Of a stretch of DNA of 64,000 nt, positions 26,899 to 37,702 are shown one piece after another; the first letter of the stretch is position 1, and each line of letters opens with the position of its first letter. The notes below the pieces were generated by a model. That model saw only the letters and a list, made by a program, of their open reading frames with translations. It was not told the origin of the DNA and did no database searches. A program made the position numbers and the translations under genes. The stretch comes from Bacteroidia bacterium. GTDB lineage: Bacteria > Bacteroidota > Bacteroidia > Chitinophagales > JAUHXS01. The stretch spans positions 435,339 to 499,338 of the forward strand of contig JAUHXS010000001.1 of the NCBI GenBank assembly GCA_030426955.1, given 5' to 3'.

Positions 26899-28864
26899 AG
26901 CTTTTTACATACTTAGTCTATTGATCTGTCAACAAGTATTGGCTAGGGGAATTGACACGGTCAACCTTAAAGATATTCCAATCATTGTCAGTCCTATCCA
27001 AAAAGGAATTACCGAGCTCTCTCCTACTCAAGAACTCACCAAATCAGACTTGCAAAAAATAGATGCCATCAACATAGCCGATGGACTCAATCACTTTTCA
27101 GGGGTAAATATCAAAGATTATGGCGGCATTGGCGGACTCAAAACGATATCGATTAGAAGCTTAAGTGCCTATCATACTAATGTTTTGATAGATGGTATTA
27201 GGATCAACGATGCACAAGCAGGACAAGTTGACCTGGGAAAATACTTCACCAACAACATTACCTCCGTTGAATTATTAAATGGCAGTTCTGAGAAATGCTT
27301 ACCTGCATCTGCTTATAGTAGCGTGTATGCCATTAATATCAAAACAGATCATGATGCACAAGATAGCTTTGCTTTGAATGGTGATTTCTCAGCAGGTTCA
27401 TTTAACACGTATAGAACGGCCATCAATTTAAAACAAAGGATCAATACGCGTAACCAAATCGGTGTTTCATTCCAAGGACAGTACAGCAAAGGTAACTATG
27501 AATATACGCTCAACAACCTACAAAGTAGTTCTATCGAAAGAAGACAAAATGGTGATATCCGATCAGGGCAGGTCGATTTAGACCATACGTATCAATTAAA
27601 AAACAACGATCAATTGACCACCAAGCTATACTATCACCATGCAGAGCAAGGGCTTCCGGGAGCGGTCATTTTGTACAACCCGATCAATGATCAAAGACTA
27701 AGAAGAGAAGACTGGTTTTTGCAAAGTGTTTATCACAAAAGTTGGAACAAAAAATTGCAATCTAAGTTTTACTTCAAACACGCCAGCAATTGGTTAAAAT
27801 ATACTGATCCTTCTTTTCTCAATAGCGAAGGATTCTTAGAAGATCAATTTTTGCAGAAATCCTATTATATCGCTACGGCGAACCAATATCAGCTACACAG
27901 AGATATTCGCCTACAAATCTCTACCGACCTTGATTTCAACTCGCTGGCTACTACCGTTTATGAAGATCAAAACCCACAACGGCTGAGCTGGATTTCTTAT
28001 ATCGGCATCATGGCAAAACCATTTAAATGCTTTAAGATAGAGGGGTCGTTAAGCCCCATGATTATTCAGGAGACCAACCATCTCAATGTTGCCTTACCTT
28101 CTAAGAATAAGCTCATGCCATACGCGGCGTTGGGTTACCAACCATTCAAGTCACATGATTTGTATTTGCGTGCTTCCTACAAGGAGTCCTTTAGATTACC
28201 AAGCTTCAACGATCTCTATTATGTAAGAGTGGGCAATACCGATTTGATTCCAGAACAAGCTCAACAGTTTAATTTAGGTGTGACTTATCAAAAAAATAAC
28301 TTCACCTGCTTTGACCATATTGCTATAATCACTGATATTTTCCAAAATAACATTGACAACAAGATCGTTGCCATCCCTACCAAAAACCTCTTCATTTGGT
28401 CGATGCAAAACATTGGCCAAGTAGAAACTAGAGGTATTGAGTGGTCGCTCAACTGGCAGTTGAAACCTGTTCACTCTATCCGGTTTTACGGCAATGTCAA
28501 CTTCTTGTATCAAGAGGCACTGGACAAAACAGATCCCGCCTCTCCTACTTACAACCAACAAGTGGCATACACGCTGGTGCAAAATATTTCAAGCAGTACC
28601 AGCATGGCATATAAAAAACTATCTATCCATTACAATACTATTTACAATGGCTATTCTTATGCCCTGAATGAAAACATTGCCACCAATCTCGTTCCGGCTT
28701 GGATCACGCAAGACATCGTCCTAAACTATGAACTAAAAATTAAGCACTCGACAATTGTCGTCTACGGCGCCGTTCACAACATTTTTGATCAGCAGTATGA
28801 GATTATTAAGAGCTTTCCGATGGTGGGAAGGAATTATAGAATTGGGATAAGAGTTAGAAGTTGA
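26891..28864 (+). CDS. TonB-dependent receptor, BtuB-like by context
   Basis: TTG start. Plug motif (IADGLNHFSGVNIKDYGGIGGLKTISIRS) and a 22-strand-type barrel body. It lies downstream of the cobalamin riboswitch. Confidence 0.75.
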   Translation: MTKAFYILSLLICQQVLARGIDTVNLKDIPIIVSPIQKGITELSPTQELTKSDLQKIDAINIADGLNHFSGVNIKDYGGIGGLKTISIRSLSAYHTNVLIDGIRINDAQAGQVDLGKYFTNNITSVELLNGSSEKCLPASAYSSVYAINIKTDHDAQDSFALNGDFSAGSFNTYRTAINLKQRINTRNQIGVSFQGQYSKGNYEYTLNNLQSSSIERRQNGDIRSGQVDLDHTYQLKNNDQLTTKLYYHHAEQGLPGAVILYNPINDQRLRREDWFLQSVYHKSWNKKLQSKFYFKHASNWLKYTDPSFLNSEGFLEDQFLQKSYYIATANQYQLHRDIRLQISTDLDFNSLATTVYEDQNPQRLSWISYIGIMAKPFKCFKIEGSLSPMIIQETNHLNVALPSKNKLMPYAALGYQPFKSHDLYLRASYKESFRLPSFNDLYYVRVGNTDLIPEQAQQFNLGVTYQKNNFTCFDHIAIITDIFQNNIDNKIVAIPTKNLFIWSMQNIGQVETRGIEWSLNWQLKPVHSIRFYGNVNFLYQEALDKTDPASPTYNQQVAYTLVQNISSSTSMAYKKLSIHYNTIYNGYSYALNENIATNLVPAWITQDIVLNYELKIKHSTIVVYGAVHNIFDQQYEIIKSFPMVGRNYRIGIRVRS

Positions 28865-29937
28865 CAAGTTTAAAGTTTAAAGTTGTAAAGTTTCACTGTG
28901 CCGCAATTTTTTTGCTCTGCTTGCTTTTTGCGTGCAAGAAGCCTCCTACTCCTGAGCCAAAAGACGATGGCAAGCAAAAGTCGACAGATCGTATAATGTA
29001 CATCGTCAATGAAGGATTGTTCAACCAGAACAATACGACGCTGACGCGATATAACATCACACAAAAGAAAACCACCAATAACTATTTTGAAGCACAAAAC
29101 GGACGAAAACTGGGCGATACAGGTAATGATATCCAACAATACGGAAACAAGATCTACATCGTAGTAAATGTTTCTAGTCAGGTTGAAGTGATCAACCTTT
29201 CTGGACAATCCATTGCTCAAATACCGCTTTTTGATGGCAGTACGGCAAGACAGCCTAGGAAAATTGCTTTTCATGAAGGCAAGGCTTTTGTCAGTTGTTT
29301 TGATGGAACAGTAGCGGTGATTGATACAGCCACGCTTATGACCACGGACTTTATTGAAGTGGGACGAAACCCAGAGGGACTAGCTGTTCAAAATAATCGA
29401 TTGTATGTAGCCAACTCTGGTGGATTGGATGCACCCAACTATGACAGTACGGTTTCGGTCGTCAATTTGAATGCCTTAGAAGAGATCAAAAAGGTTAACG
29501 TAGGCATTAACTCAGGAAGGGTTTTAGCGGATAACAATAACCGCATTCATGTGATGGTACGAGGTAATTATGATGATATTGACTCCAAACTAAAGGTGAT
29601 TGATGCTACTACAGACAGCATCATTTATGTCTCGAATGAAGCCATTAGCGGTATAACCATCCATAACGACCAAGCCTATTTGATTGAGTCAAGTTCTAGT
29701 AATATGATGCAAATGGACTTAAATAGTCTCAGCATTACCAACACCAACTTGATTGATGGCAGCAACTTTGAAACGCTCTTTGGTATGTTTATTGACCCCG
29801 TGACTGGTGATATTTATTGTTTTGATGCACATGGTTATGTGGTGACGGGGACGGTATTCTGTTTTAGTAACACCGGTAACCCCAAGCATTCTTTTCAGGC
29901 TGGGCTTAACCCAGGGCATGGTATTTTCGTGAAGTGA
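28861..29937 (+). CDS. DUF5074/YncE-like beta-propeller lipoprotein
   Basis: TTGA start/stop overlap with the receptor gene. Lipobox LLFAC. IVNEGLFNQNN and VGRNPEGLAVQNNRLYVANSG YVTN-type repeats. Confidence 0.7.
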   Translation: MTSLKFKVVKFHCAAIFLLCLLFACKKPPTPEPKDDGKQKSTDRIMYIVNEGLFNQNNTTLTRYNITQKKTTNNYFEAQNGRKLGDTGNDIQQYGNKIYIVVNVSSQVEVINLSGQSIAQIPLFDGSTARQPRKIAFHEGKAFVSCFDGTVAVIDTATLMTTDFIEVGRNPEGLAVQNNRLYVANSGGLDAPNYDSTVSVVNLNALEEIKKVNVGINSGRVLADNNNRIHVMVRGNYDDIDSKLKVIDATTDSIIYVSNEAISGITIHNDQAYLIESSSSNMMQMDLNSLSITNTNLIDGSNFETLFGMFIDPVTGDIYCFDAHGYVVTGTVFCFSNTGNPKHSFQAGLNPGHGIFVK

Positions 29938-30067
29938 GTTTATTCGTTTATAAGTAATTGTAAATACTTATACTTGAATATATAAATGAAAATCAATATC
30001 TTGTTTAGGAGACTGACACATGCATTAAAGAAATCAAAGCTTACATAAATTCAGCTTTACAAAGTAA

Positions 30068-30948
30068 ATGAGCAACTCTATTGAAATATACAACTCAGGA
30101 GGAGAAACTCAAATTGAGGTTAAGTTTGAACAAGAAACCGTTTGGTTGAACCTCAATCAAATATCTGAACTATTTGATAGGGATAAATCTGTTATATCAA
30201 GACACCTTCAAAAAATATATCAAGAAGGAGAGCTAGAGAAAAAGGCAACTGTTGCAAAAAATGCAACAGTTCAAACTGAGGGCAAAAGAGAAATAAAAAG
30301 AGATATTGAATTTTACAATCTAGATGCAATTATCTCTGTAGGATATCGTGTAAACTCAAAACAAGGTACACAATTCAGAATTTGGGCTACAAATAAGCTT
30401 AAAGAATACCTTATTCAAGGTTATTCTGTTAATAAATCTCGACTAGAACAACTAAAACAGTCAATCAAACTAATACAAAAAACAACAAATGAATTAGAGA
30501 ATAATCAATCTTTAGAAATAAAAGAGGTATCGAAAGAAACAATTTACAAAATAGAATACGATGAGGCTATTAAAGCTATCAAACAACTAAAAGAAAAATT
30601 TGGAGGTTCTAAACTATTCGGGAACGAGAAAGATGATTCATTCAAAAGCTCAATTGCAACAATAGAACAAACTTTCAACGGTAAAGAATTATATCAAAGC
30701 ATAGAAGAAAAAGCTGCTAACCTTCTCTACTTTGTTGTCAAGAATCATTCATTTAGCGATGGTAATAAACGAATAGCAGCATGGTTGTTTGTATGGTATT
30801 TAAACAAAAACAAGTATTTATATAACAAAAGAAGGTTGAAAACAATGCACTAGCTTCACTTACATTAATGATAGCATTAAGCAAACCAGAAGAAAAAGAA
30901 TTGATGATTCGAGTAATCATTAATTCTATAAACAAATTAAACAAATAG
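30068..30948 (+). pseudogene. RhuM-family N-terminal domain fused to a Fic/DOC domain; frameshifted near the 3' end
   Basis: RhuM motifs (FYNLDAIISVGYRVNSKQGTQFRIWAT). Doc-type Fic motif HSFSDGNKRIAAW. The reading frame switches around 30824-30835 and continues as NNALASLTLMIALSKPEEKELMIRVIINSINKLNK to TAG at 30946-30948. Confidence 0.7.
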
Positions 30949-30968
30949 TGTTAAAGAATCATTAAACT

Positions 30969-32273
30969 ATGAAAACATCACTTCTACTTTTTATATTTCT
31001 TGTTTCAAGTTTTGCCATAAAGGCTCAACTATATTTCCCGCCCAACAATTCTAGCACATGGGATACGATTGTGCCATCGAGCTTAGGCTGGTGTCAATCA
31101 AAGATCGACAGCCTCTATGAGTTTCTAGATACCAATAATACAAAAGCCTTTGTCCTACTCAAGGATGGGAAAATTGTGTTAGAACAATATTTTGATGGTC
31201 ATGATACTTCATCCAATTGGTATTGGGCATCGGCTGGCAAAACGTTAACGGCATTTATGGTGGGCATTGCCCAGCAAGAAGATTTTCTAAACATTAATGA
31301 TACTACGGCTACTTATCTTGGACAAGGATGGACCAGTTGTACGCCAACTCAGGAAGACCAAATAACCATTTGGCATCAACTCACTATGACGTCTGGTTTG
31401 AATGATGGTACCAGAGACGCTAATTGCACAGATGATACTTGTTTGCAATACTTAGCCGATGCAGGAACTAGATGGGCCTACCATAATGCACCTTATACCC
31501 TTCTAGATCAAGTCATTGAAAATGCAGTAGGTACGACCCTAAATGTTTACACTACCCAAAAGCTGAAAAACATAACTGGTATGAATGGTGCCTATATTCA
31601 GCAAGACTACAACAACGTATTTTATAGCACTCCAAGGAGTATGGCTCGTTTTGGCCTACTGGTTTTAAATAAAGGAAACTGGAATGGCACGCCAGTTTTG
31701 ACAGATACGAACTACTTTCATCAAATGGTCAATACATCTCAAAATATCAACGAATCATACGGTTATTTATGGTGGCTCAATGGCAAAGACAGCTTCATGA
31801 TACCACAAACACAATTCATCTTCCCTGGGAGCTTGGCTCCTGATGCGCCTGATGATATGATATCTGCATTGGGCAAAAATGGTCAATTTATCAATATCAT
31901 CCCCTCACAAAACATGGTCTGGATTAGGATGGGCGACGCCCCTGATAATTCTCTAGTCCCTTTCACACTTAATAACGATATATGGAAACGTTTAAACAAC
32001 CTAGAATGCGATACAGTAAGTACTTATGGAAATAATAATTTAGACAAACAAGAAATCAGTGTTTACCCCAACCCTGTGGATGATTTTATTAACTTAAAAG
32101 GCAAACACAATTTGCAGTTGACTTACTATGAAGTGACTAATAGCATAGGACAAATCATACTAAAAGGCAAATATCAAGATCCTATAGACATCTCAAAATT
32201 GACTTCAGGCACTTATTACCTAAAGGTTTATAATAAAATAGCCTTTAGTACGATAAAATTTGTAAAGGGCTAA
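30969..32273 (+). CDS. Serine hydrolase (beta-lactamase family) with T9SS type A C-terminal domain
   Basis: Signal peptide and a beta-lactamase-fold body. I did not see the canonical SxxK motif; the closest string is SAGKT. C-terminus VYPNPVDDFINL...GTYYLKVYN. Confidence 0.6.
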   Translation: MKTSLLLFIFLVSSFAIKAQLYFPPNNSSTWDTIVPSSLGWCQSKIDSLYEFLDTNNTKAFVLLKDGKIVLEQYFDGHDTSSNWYWASAGKTLTAFMVGIAQQEDFLNINDTTATYLGQGWTSCTPTQEDQITIWHQLTMTSGLNDGTRDANCTDDTCLQYLADAGTRWAYHNAPYTLLDQVIENAVGTTLNVYTTQKLKNITGMNGAYIQQDYNNVFYSTPRSMARFGLLVLNKGNWNGTPVLTDTNYFHQMVNTSQNINESYGYLWWLNGKDSFMIPQTQFIFPGSLAPDAPDDMISALGKNGQFINIIPSQNMVWIRMGDAPDNSLVPFTLNNDIWKRLNNLECDTVSTYGNNNLDKQEISVYPNPVDDFINLKGKHNLQLTYYEVTNSIGQIILKGKYQDPIDISKLTSGTYYLKVYNKIAFSTIKFVKG

Positions 32274-32308
32274 GTAACAGCCAAACAAGAAAGTCTTTAC
32301 GGGATAAG

Positions 32309-33613
32309 CTAAAGACTCCAATAACTCATTTCCTTGACCTTACCTCTGTAAATCCCCTTTAAATCTACTAGAATACCATCTTTCCCTTTTGCAGACAATC
32401 CTTTAAAATAGCCTTCATCTAGCGTTAGGTAGTCCTCATGATTAACGGCAACAATGATCGCATCATAATTCCCTGAAGGTTTGCTTACCAGACCAAACCC
32501 ATACTCCTCATTCAGCTCATCTGAGTCAGCATATGGATCTGTAACCTCAACTGTTACTGAATAAGATTTCAACTCATTTATCACATCGGCTACCTTAGAG
32601 TTCCTAATGTCACTTACATTTTCTTTAAATGTAGCACCCATCACTAATATTCTAGCCTCACTAAGTTTTTTGTCTTCCTGTTTAATAATGGACTGCACCG
32701 TATTTTTAGCTACATATGCGCCCATATTGTCATTTACGGATCGACCGCTCAGTATTACTTTTGGCTCATAGCCTAACTCCATTGACTTATACGTAAGGTA
32801 ATATGGGTCTACTCCAATACAATGCCCACCAACTAGACCTGGAAAGAAGTTTAAAAAATTCCATTTTGTTCCAGCAGCCTCTAGTACATCAAAAGTATTA
32901 ATATCCATCTTATGGAATATCAATGACAATTCATTCATCAATGCAATGTTAACATCTCGTTGCGTATTCTCTATGATTTTTGCAGCTTCAGCAACTTTAA
33001 TAGTAGCTGCTCTATGCACACCTGCTGTAATAACGATCTCATAAACCTTCACGATCTCATCTGCTGCCTCATCATCTGACCCAGATGCTACTTTCATTAT
33101 GTTTGCGAGTGTGTGGACTTTATCTCCTGGATTAATCCTTTCAGGAGAATAGCCAAGCTTAAAATCAGCACCAAGCTTTAAACCTGATTCTTGTTCCAAT
33201 ATAGGTAGGCAATCTTCCTCAGTGCAACCAGGATAAACTGTAGACTCAAATACCACATAATCTCCTTTCTTTAAAACTTTCCCAACTGTAGTCGATGCTG
33301 CAGTAAGAGGAGTTAAGTCAGGTACTTTATGTTCATCTACCGGAGTAGGCACTGCAACGACATAGAACTTAGCCTCTTTTAACTTATCTAAGGAGCTAGT
33401 AAACTCAATATCTGTGCCTTCAAAGTCCTTGGCTTCTAGTTCCTCACTAGGATCAATATTATTACGCATCATTTCAACACGCTTCTCGTTTATATCAAAA
33501 CCAATTACAGAAATTTTCTTCGCAAACTCAAGCGCAATAGGCAATCCTACATAACCTAATCCTATAACTGCTAGCTTTTCCTTTTTATCTAATAAATCTT
33601 GACAAATACTCAT
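32309..33613 (-). CDS. UDP-N-acetyl-hexosamine 6-dehydrogenase type nucleotide-sugar dehydrogenase (WbpA/WbpO/TviB-like)
   Basis: 434 aa with GLGYVGLP Rossmann motif and [11 protein letters not shown] catalytic Cys motif. Confidence 0.8.
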   Translation of the reverse strand: MSICQDLLDKKEKLAVIGLGYVGLPIALEFAKKISVIGFDINEKRVEMMRNNIDPSEELEAKDFEGTDIEFTSSLDKLKEAKFYVVAVPTPVDEHKVPDLTPLTAASTTVGKVLKKGDYVVFESTVYPGCTEEDCLPILEQESGLKLGADFKLGYSPERINPGDKVHTLANIMKVASGSDDEAADEIVKVYEIVITAGVHRAATIKVAEAAKIIENTQRDVNIALMNELSLIFHKMDINTFDVLEAAGTKWNFLNFFPGLVGGHCIGVDPYYLTYKSMELGYEPKVILSGRSVNDNMGAYVAKNTVQSIIKQEDKKLSEARILVMGATFKENVSDIRNSKVADVINELKSYSVTVEVTDPYADSDELNEEYGFGLVSKPSGNYDAIIVAVNHEDYLTLDEGYFKGLSAKGKDGILVDLKGIYRGKVKEMSYWSL

Positions 33614-34179
33614 ACTTTTCTAACTTTTCCGTTTTCTAAGATATACTTTTCATTACTTTCCTCACAAATGGCCTCATTGTTATCATCAAAGTCTAAACGA
33701 TGCCCATATTCACTCATCCAACCGATTTGCTTACCGGGATTACCAACAATTAGTGCATAAGCGGGTACTTCTTTAGTTACCACAGTACCTGCACCAATGA
33801 AAGCATATTCTCCAATATCATGGCCGCATACGATCGTTGCATTTGCACCAATTGAAGCACCCTTTTTTACTGTAGTTTTTGTGTACTGCCCCCTCCTGTT
33901 CACTCCACTTCTAGGGTTTATAACATTAGTAAACACCATAGATGGTCCTAAAAACACGTCGTCTTCACAAATAACACCGGTATAAATAGATACGTTATTT
34001 TGAACCTTTACATTTTTTCCTAAAATCACCTCAGGCGAAATCACAACGTTTTGACCAATATTGCACCTTTCCCCAATTTCACAATTCGGCATAACATGAC
34101 TAAAGTGCCATATTTTTGTACCTTCTCCAATTTGGCACCCTTCATCAACCACGGCTGTATCATGTACAAAGTAACTCAT
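33610..34179 (-). CDS. Left-handed beta-helix sugar N-acetyltransferase (WbpD-like)
   Basis: 189 aa with hexapeptide repeats. 4-nt overlap with the downstream dehydrogenase gene. Confidence 0.75.
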   Translation of the reverse strand: MSYFVHDTAVVDEGCQIGEGTKIWHFSHVMPNCEIGERCNIGQNVVISPEVILGKNVKVQNNVSIYTGVICEDDVFLGPSMVFTNVINPRSGVNRRGQYTKTTVKKGASIGANATIVCGHDIGEYAFIGAGTVVTKEVPAYALIVGNPGKQIGWMSEYGHRLDFDDNNEAICEESNEKYILENGKVRKV

Positions 34180-35165
34180 TACTTTACAATGTATTTTTCA
34201 AAGCTATTATGCTCTTTTTGATATAATTTATCTTCCGGTAAAGACTTAAAATAATCGTAGGTGATTTTTAACCCCTCTGATCTAGATACTCTAGGACTCC
34301 AGTCTAATATAGCTTTAGCTTTTGATATGTCCGGCCTTCTTTGCATTGGATCATCCTGAGGCAACTCTTTATAAATTATTTCCTGAGAAGTGTTGGTCAG
34401 CCTTATAATCTCTTCTGCAAAGTCCTTAATAGTGATCTCATCTGGATTCCCAATATTTACAGGCTCAACGTAGTCACTCATTAGCAAGCGATAAATACCT
34501 TCCACCAAATCATCTACATAACAGAAAGACCTAGTTTGACTGCCATCTCCAAATACAGTCAAGTCCTCTCCTCTTAATGCCTGCCCGATAAAAGCAGGTA
34601 AAACACGTCCATCGTTCAATCTCATACGTGGACCATATGTATTGAATATCCTAACGATTCTTGTCTCAACATCATGAAAACGATGATAAGCCATTGTTAT
34701 TGCCTCTTGAAAACGTTTTGCTTCATCATAAACCCCTCTAGGACCAATTGGATTAACATTACCCCAATAATCCTCAGTCTGTGGATGTACTAAGGGATCT
34801 CCATAAACCTCCGAAGTTGATGCAATGAGTACCCTAGCTCCTTTTGCTTTTGCCAAGCCTAGTAGATTATGCGTACCAAGAGAACCAACCTTTAACGTCT
34901 GTATAGGGATTTTAAGATAATCTATTGGACTAGCTGGGGAGGCAAAATGTAAGATATAATCTAATTTACCAGGGACATGCACAAATCGACTGACATCGTG
35001 GTTGTAAAATTCAAAGTTTTCATTTGGGAAAAGATGCTCAATATTATCCAAATTACCAGTTATAAGGTTGTCCATGCCAATAACATGATAACCCTCATTG
35101 ATAAAACGATCACATAAATGAGATCCTAAAAAGCCAGCAGCACCTGTAATTAATACCTTTTTCAA
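34179..35165 (-). CDS. UDP-glucuronate decarboxylase (UDP-xylose synthase)
   Basis: 328 aa with [19 protein letters not shown] and YDEAKR SDR motifs. Confidence 0.85.
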   Translation of the reverse strand: MKKVLITGAAGFLGSHLCDRFINEGYHVIGMDNLITGNLDNIEHLFPNENFEFYNHDVSRFVHVPGKLDYILHFASPASPIDYLKIPIQTLKVGSLGTHNLLGLAKAKGARVLIASTSEVYGDPLVHPQTEDYWGNVNPIGPRGVYDEAKRFQEAITMAYHRFHDVETRIVRIFNTYGPRMRLNDGRVLPAFIGQALRGEDLTVFGDGSQTRSFCYVDDLVEGIYRLLMSDYVEPVNIGNPDEITIKDFAEEIIRLTNTSQEIIYKELPQDDPMQRRPDISKAKAILDWSPRVSRSEGLKITYDYFKSLPEDKLYQKEHNSFEKYIVK

Positions 35166-35175
35166 ATTTATAAAA

Positions 35176-36486
35176 TTATCCTACGGTCGCTCGCCCAATG
35201 CTATTATAATAATATCCTAATTCGTCCATATTCTCAGGATCATACAAGTTCCTTCCATCAAATATGACCTTATGTTTCAGCAAACTGAGCATTTTGCCAA
35301 AATCTGGCGTTCTAAATACATTCCATTCCGTAACTATGGCTAGTGCATCTGCTCCCTCCAATGCTTCATATGCATTAGCGGCGTAAGATATTTTATCACC
35401 GATCAACTCTTTTACATTTTCCATTGCTTCAGGATCATATGCACTCACATTCGCTCCCTTTTCTATTAATTGATCAATTATAGTTAATGCTGGTGCTTCT
35501 CTGATATCATCGGTATTAGGCTTAAAAGCTAATCCCCACATCGCAATTTTTTTCCCTTTTAAATTGCCATCGTAGTATTTCTCAATTTTCTCAACCAATA
35601 CATTTTTCTGAAGTTTATTTACTTCCATAACTTGCTTAAGAATCTTAAAGTCATAATCGTAGTCGTTCGCAGTCTTCCCTAAGGCCTGAACGTCTTTAGG
35701 GAAACAACTACCACCGTATCCTACTCCTGGAAACAAAAAACGTTTGCCTATTCTAGTATCACTACCCATTCCTTTTCTAACTGCATTTACATCTGCTCCT
35801 GTTCTCTCACAAAGATTTGCCATCTCATTCATATAAGATATTCTCATGGCTAGGTAAGAATTTGCAGCATACTTAGTCATTTCCGCAGAACGCTCGTCCA
35901 TAAAAATCAATGGATTTCCTTGTCGAATAAAAGGAGCATATAGCTTTTCCATCACCTTTTTCGCCTTATCCGAGGTTGTTCCTACTACTACTCTATCAGG
36001 CTTCATAAAATCATCTACAGCCATCCCTTCTCTCAAAAACTCAGGGTTAGAAACAACATCAAAGTCGACAGAAGCATTTTCTTTAATCTTAACAGCAACT
36101 TGTTCAGCAGTGCCAACAGGCACTGTGCTTTTATCTACTATTACTTTATAGTCTTTAATTATTTTACCAAGTTGTTCTGCTACCCCTAAAATGTATGACA
36201 AATCTGCCGAGCCATCCTCTCCCGGAGGCGTCGGTAACGCTAAGAAAATGATATCTGAAGCATCAACTGCTTCTTCTAAATTTGTTGTAAACGATAAACG
36301 CTCTTGCTCGATATTTCGCTCAAATATCACCTCCAATCCCGGCTCATAGATCGTAATTTCACCCTTGCTGAGTTTTTCCACTTTATTTTGATCTATATCA
36401 ACACAGATCACATTATTTCCAGACTCCGCAAAACAAGTACCTGAAACCAATCCAACATACCCTGTGCCTACTACTGCAATATTCAT
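35176..36486 (-). CDS. ugd: UDP-glucose 6-dehydrogenase
   Basis: 436 aa with [10 protein letters not shown] and [10 protein letters not shown] motifs. Confidence 0.9.
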   Translation of the reverse strand: MNIAVVGTGYVGLVSGTCFAESGNNVICVDIDQNKVEKLSKGEITIYEPGLEVIFERNIEQERLSFTTNLEEAVDASDIIFLALPTPPGEDGSADLSYILGVAEQLGKIIKDYKVIVDKSTVPVGTAEQVAVKIKENASVDFDVVSNPEFLREGMAVDDFMKPDRVVVGTTSDKAKKVMEKLYAPFIRQGNPLIFMDERSAEMTKYAANSYLAMRISYMNEMANLCERTGADVNAVRKGMGSDTRIGKRFLFPGVGYGGSCFPKDVQALGKTANDYDYDFKILKQVMEVNKLQKNVLVEKIEKYYDGNLKGKKIAMWGLAFKPNTDDIREAPALTIIDQLIEKGANVSAYDPEAMENVKELIGDKISYAANAYEALEGADALAIVTEWNVFRTPDFGKMLSLLKHKVIFDGRNLYDPENMDELGYYYNSIGRATVG

Positions 36487-36489
36487 GCG

Positions 36490-37632
36490 CTACTGATTTA
36501 TATATTTCTTTACATGATAAATAATATGATCCTGTTGTTCCTTCGTCAATTCTGTATGAATAGGAAGCGATATTACAGACTCACATAACGTTTCCGTAAT
36601 TGGAAAATCACCTTCTTTATATCTTGGATCTTGATAGGCTTTTTGCATATGTAAAGCTACTGGATAATAAACCATAGAAGGTATCTCTTGTTCTGCTAAG
36701 TAACTTTGCATCCCAAACCGATCAATATTTGAAGTCTTTAACGTGTATTGATGAAAAACATGTGTCGATTGAGCACTTCTAGAAGGAATCGTCAAAGCGG
36801 ATTCATTTTGGAAGGCTTCATCGTAGTAGTTTGCAGCTTTATTTCTAGCTTCAGCATACTTATCAAGCGCTCTAAGTTTAATTCTTAAAATTGCCGCCTG
36901 AATACTATCTAGCCTAGAATTCACACCCACTCTATCATGATAATACCTTTTAGACTGTCCGTGATTTGCAATCTGTCTTGCCTTAAGTGCCAGATCATCA
37001 TCATCTGTAAATAATGCGCCACCATCTCCATAGCAGCCAAGATTCTTAGATGGAAAGAACGATGTCGTTCCAAAATCACCCATCGTACCAGACTTCACAA
37101 TGCCACCACCTTTAAAGCTATAATCAGCTCCTATTGCCTGAGCATTGTCTTCAATAACAAAAAGCCCATGCTTTTTTGCAATGTCCAGAATTTGTTCCAT
37201 ATCGGCACATTGTCCGAAAAGATGCACAGGAACAATAGCTTTCGTTTTAGGTGTAATTGCCTTTTCTAAGGCATTAATATCAATATTAAAGGTATTAGGA
37301 TCCACATCTACAACAACAGGCTTCAGCTTAAGTAATGCGATAACTTCTGCAGTTGCTACATAAGTAAAACTAGCAGTAATCACTTCATCTCCCGGTTCTA
37401 AACCCAAAGCCATCATGGCTATTTGCAAGGCATCTGTTCCATTAGCACAAGGAATGACATGCTTTATTCCCAAGTACTCTTCCAGCTCTGTCTGAAATGC
37501 TTTTACCTCTGGACCATTGATATAAGCTGATGATCTTACGACATCAATTATAGCTTTGTCTATTCGATCTTTGATTTGCTCGTATTGAGCAATCAAGTCT
37601 ACCATCTGTATTTTCCGCATTGTAGCTTGCAT
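36490..37632 (-). CDS. DegT/DnrJ/EryC1/StrS family aminotransferase (WbpE-like)
   Basis: PLP-aminotransferase motifs (NGTDALQIA, SFFPSKNLG). The ATG at 37632 or 37620 is preferred over the TTG at 37674. Confidence 0.85.
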   Translation of the reverse strand: MQATMRKIQMVDLIAQYEQIKDRIDKAIIDVVRSSAYINGPEVKAFQTELEEYLGIKHVIPCANGTDALQIAMMALGLEPGDEVITASFTYVATAEVIALLKLKPVVVDVDPNTFNIDINALEKAITPKTKAIVPVHLFGQCADMEQILDIAKKHGLFVIEDNAQAIGADYSFKGGGIVKSGTMGDFGTTSFFPSKNLGCYGDGGALFTDDDDLALKARQIANHGQSKRYYHDRVGVNSRLDSIQAAILRIKLRALDKYAEARNKAANYYDEAFQNESALTIPSRSAQSTHVFHQYTLKTSNIDRFGMQSYLAEQEIPSMVYYPVALHMQKAYQDPRYKEGDFPITETLCESVISLPIHTELTKEQQDHIIYHVKKYINQ

Positions 37633-37702
37633 ATTATAAGGGTTGCAAAGATACAATTTATTAATGGTTAGCAAAAGTCGAAAAGTACTTAAACCAATTT
37701 AG

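Noticed and set aside
28870-29274. 134-aa and 61-aa minus-strand ORFs overlapping the start of the YncE-like lipoprotein gene
   Set aside because: They are antisense to a gene with strong family motifs and an operon context, and they have no motif support.
29950-29985. Short similarity (taagtaatt, ttgtaaa) between this spacer and the 22-bp inverted repeats at 62464/62921
   Set aside because: Only about 9 nt are shared in very AT-rich sequence, which is compatible with chance.
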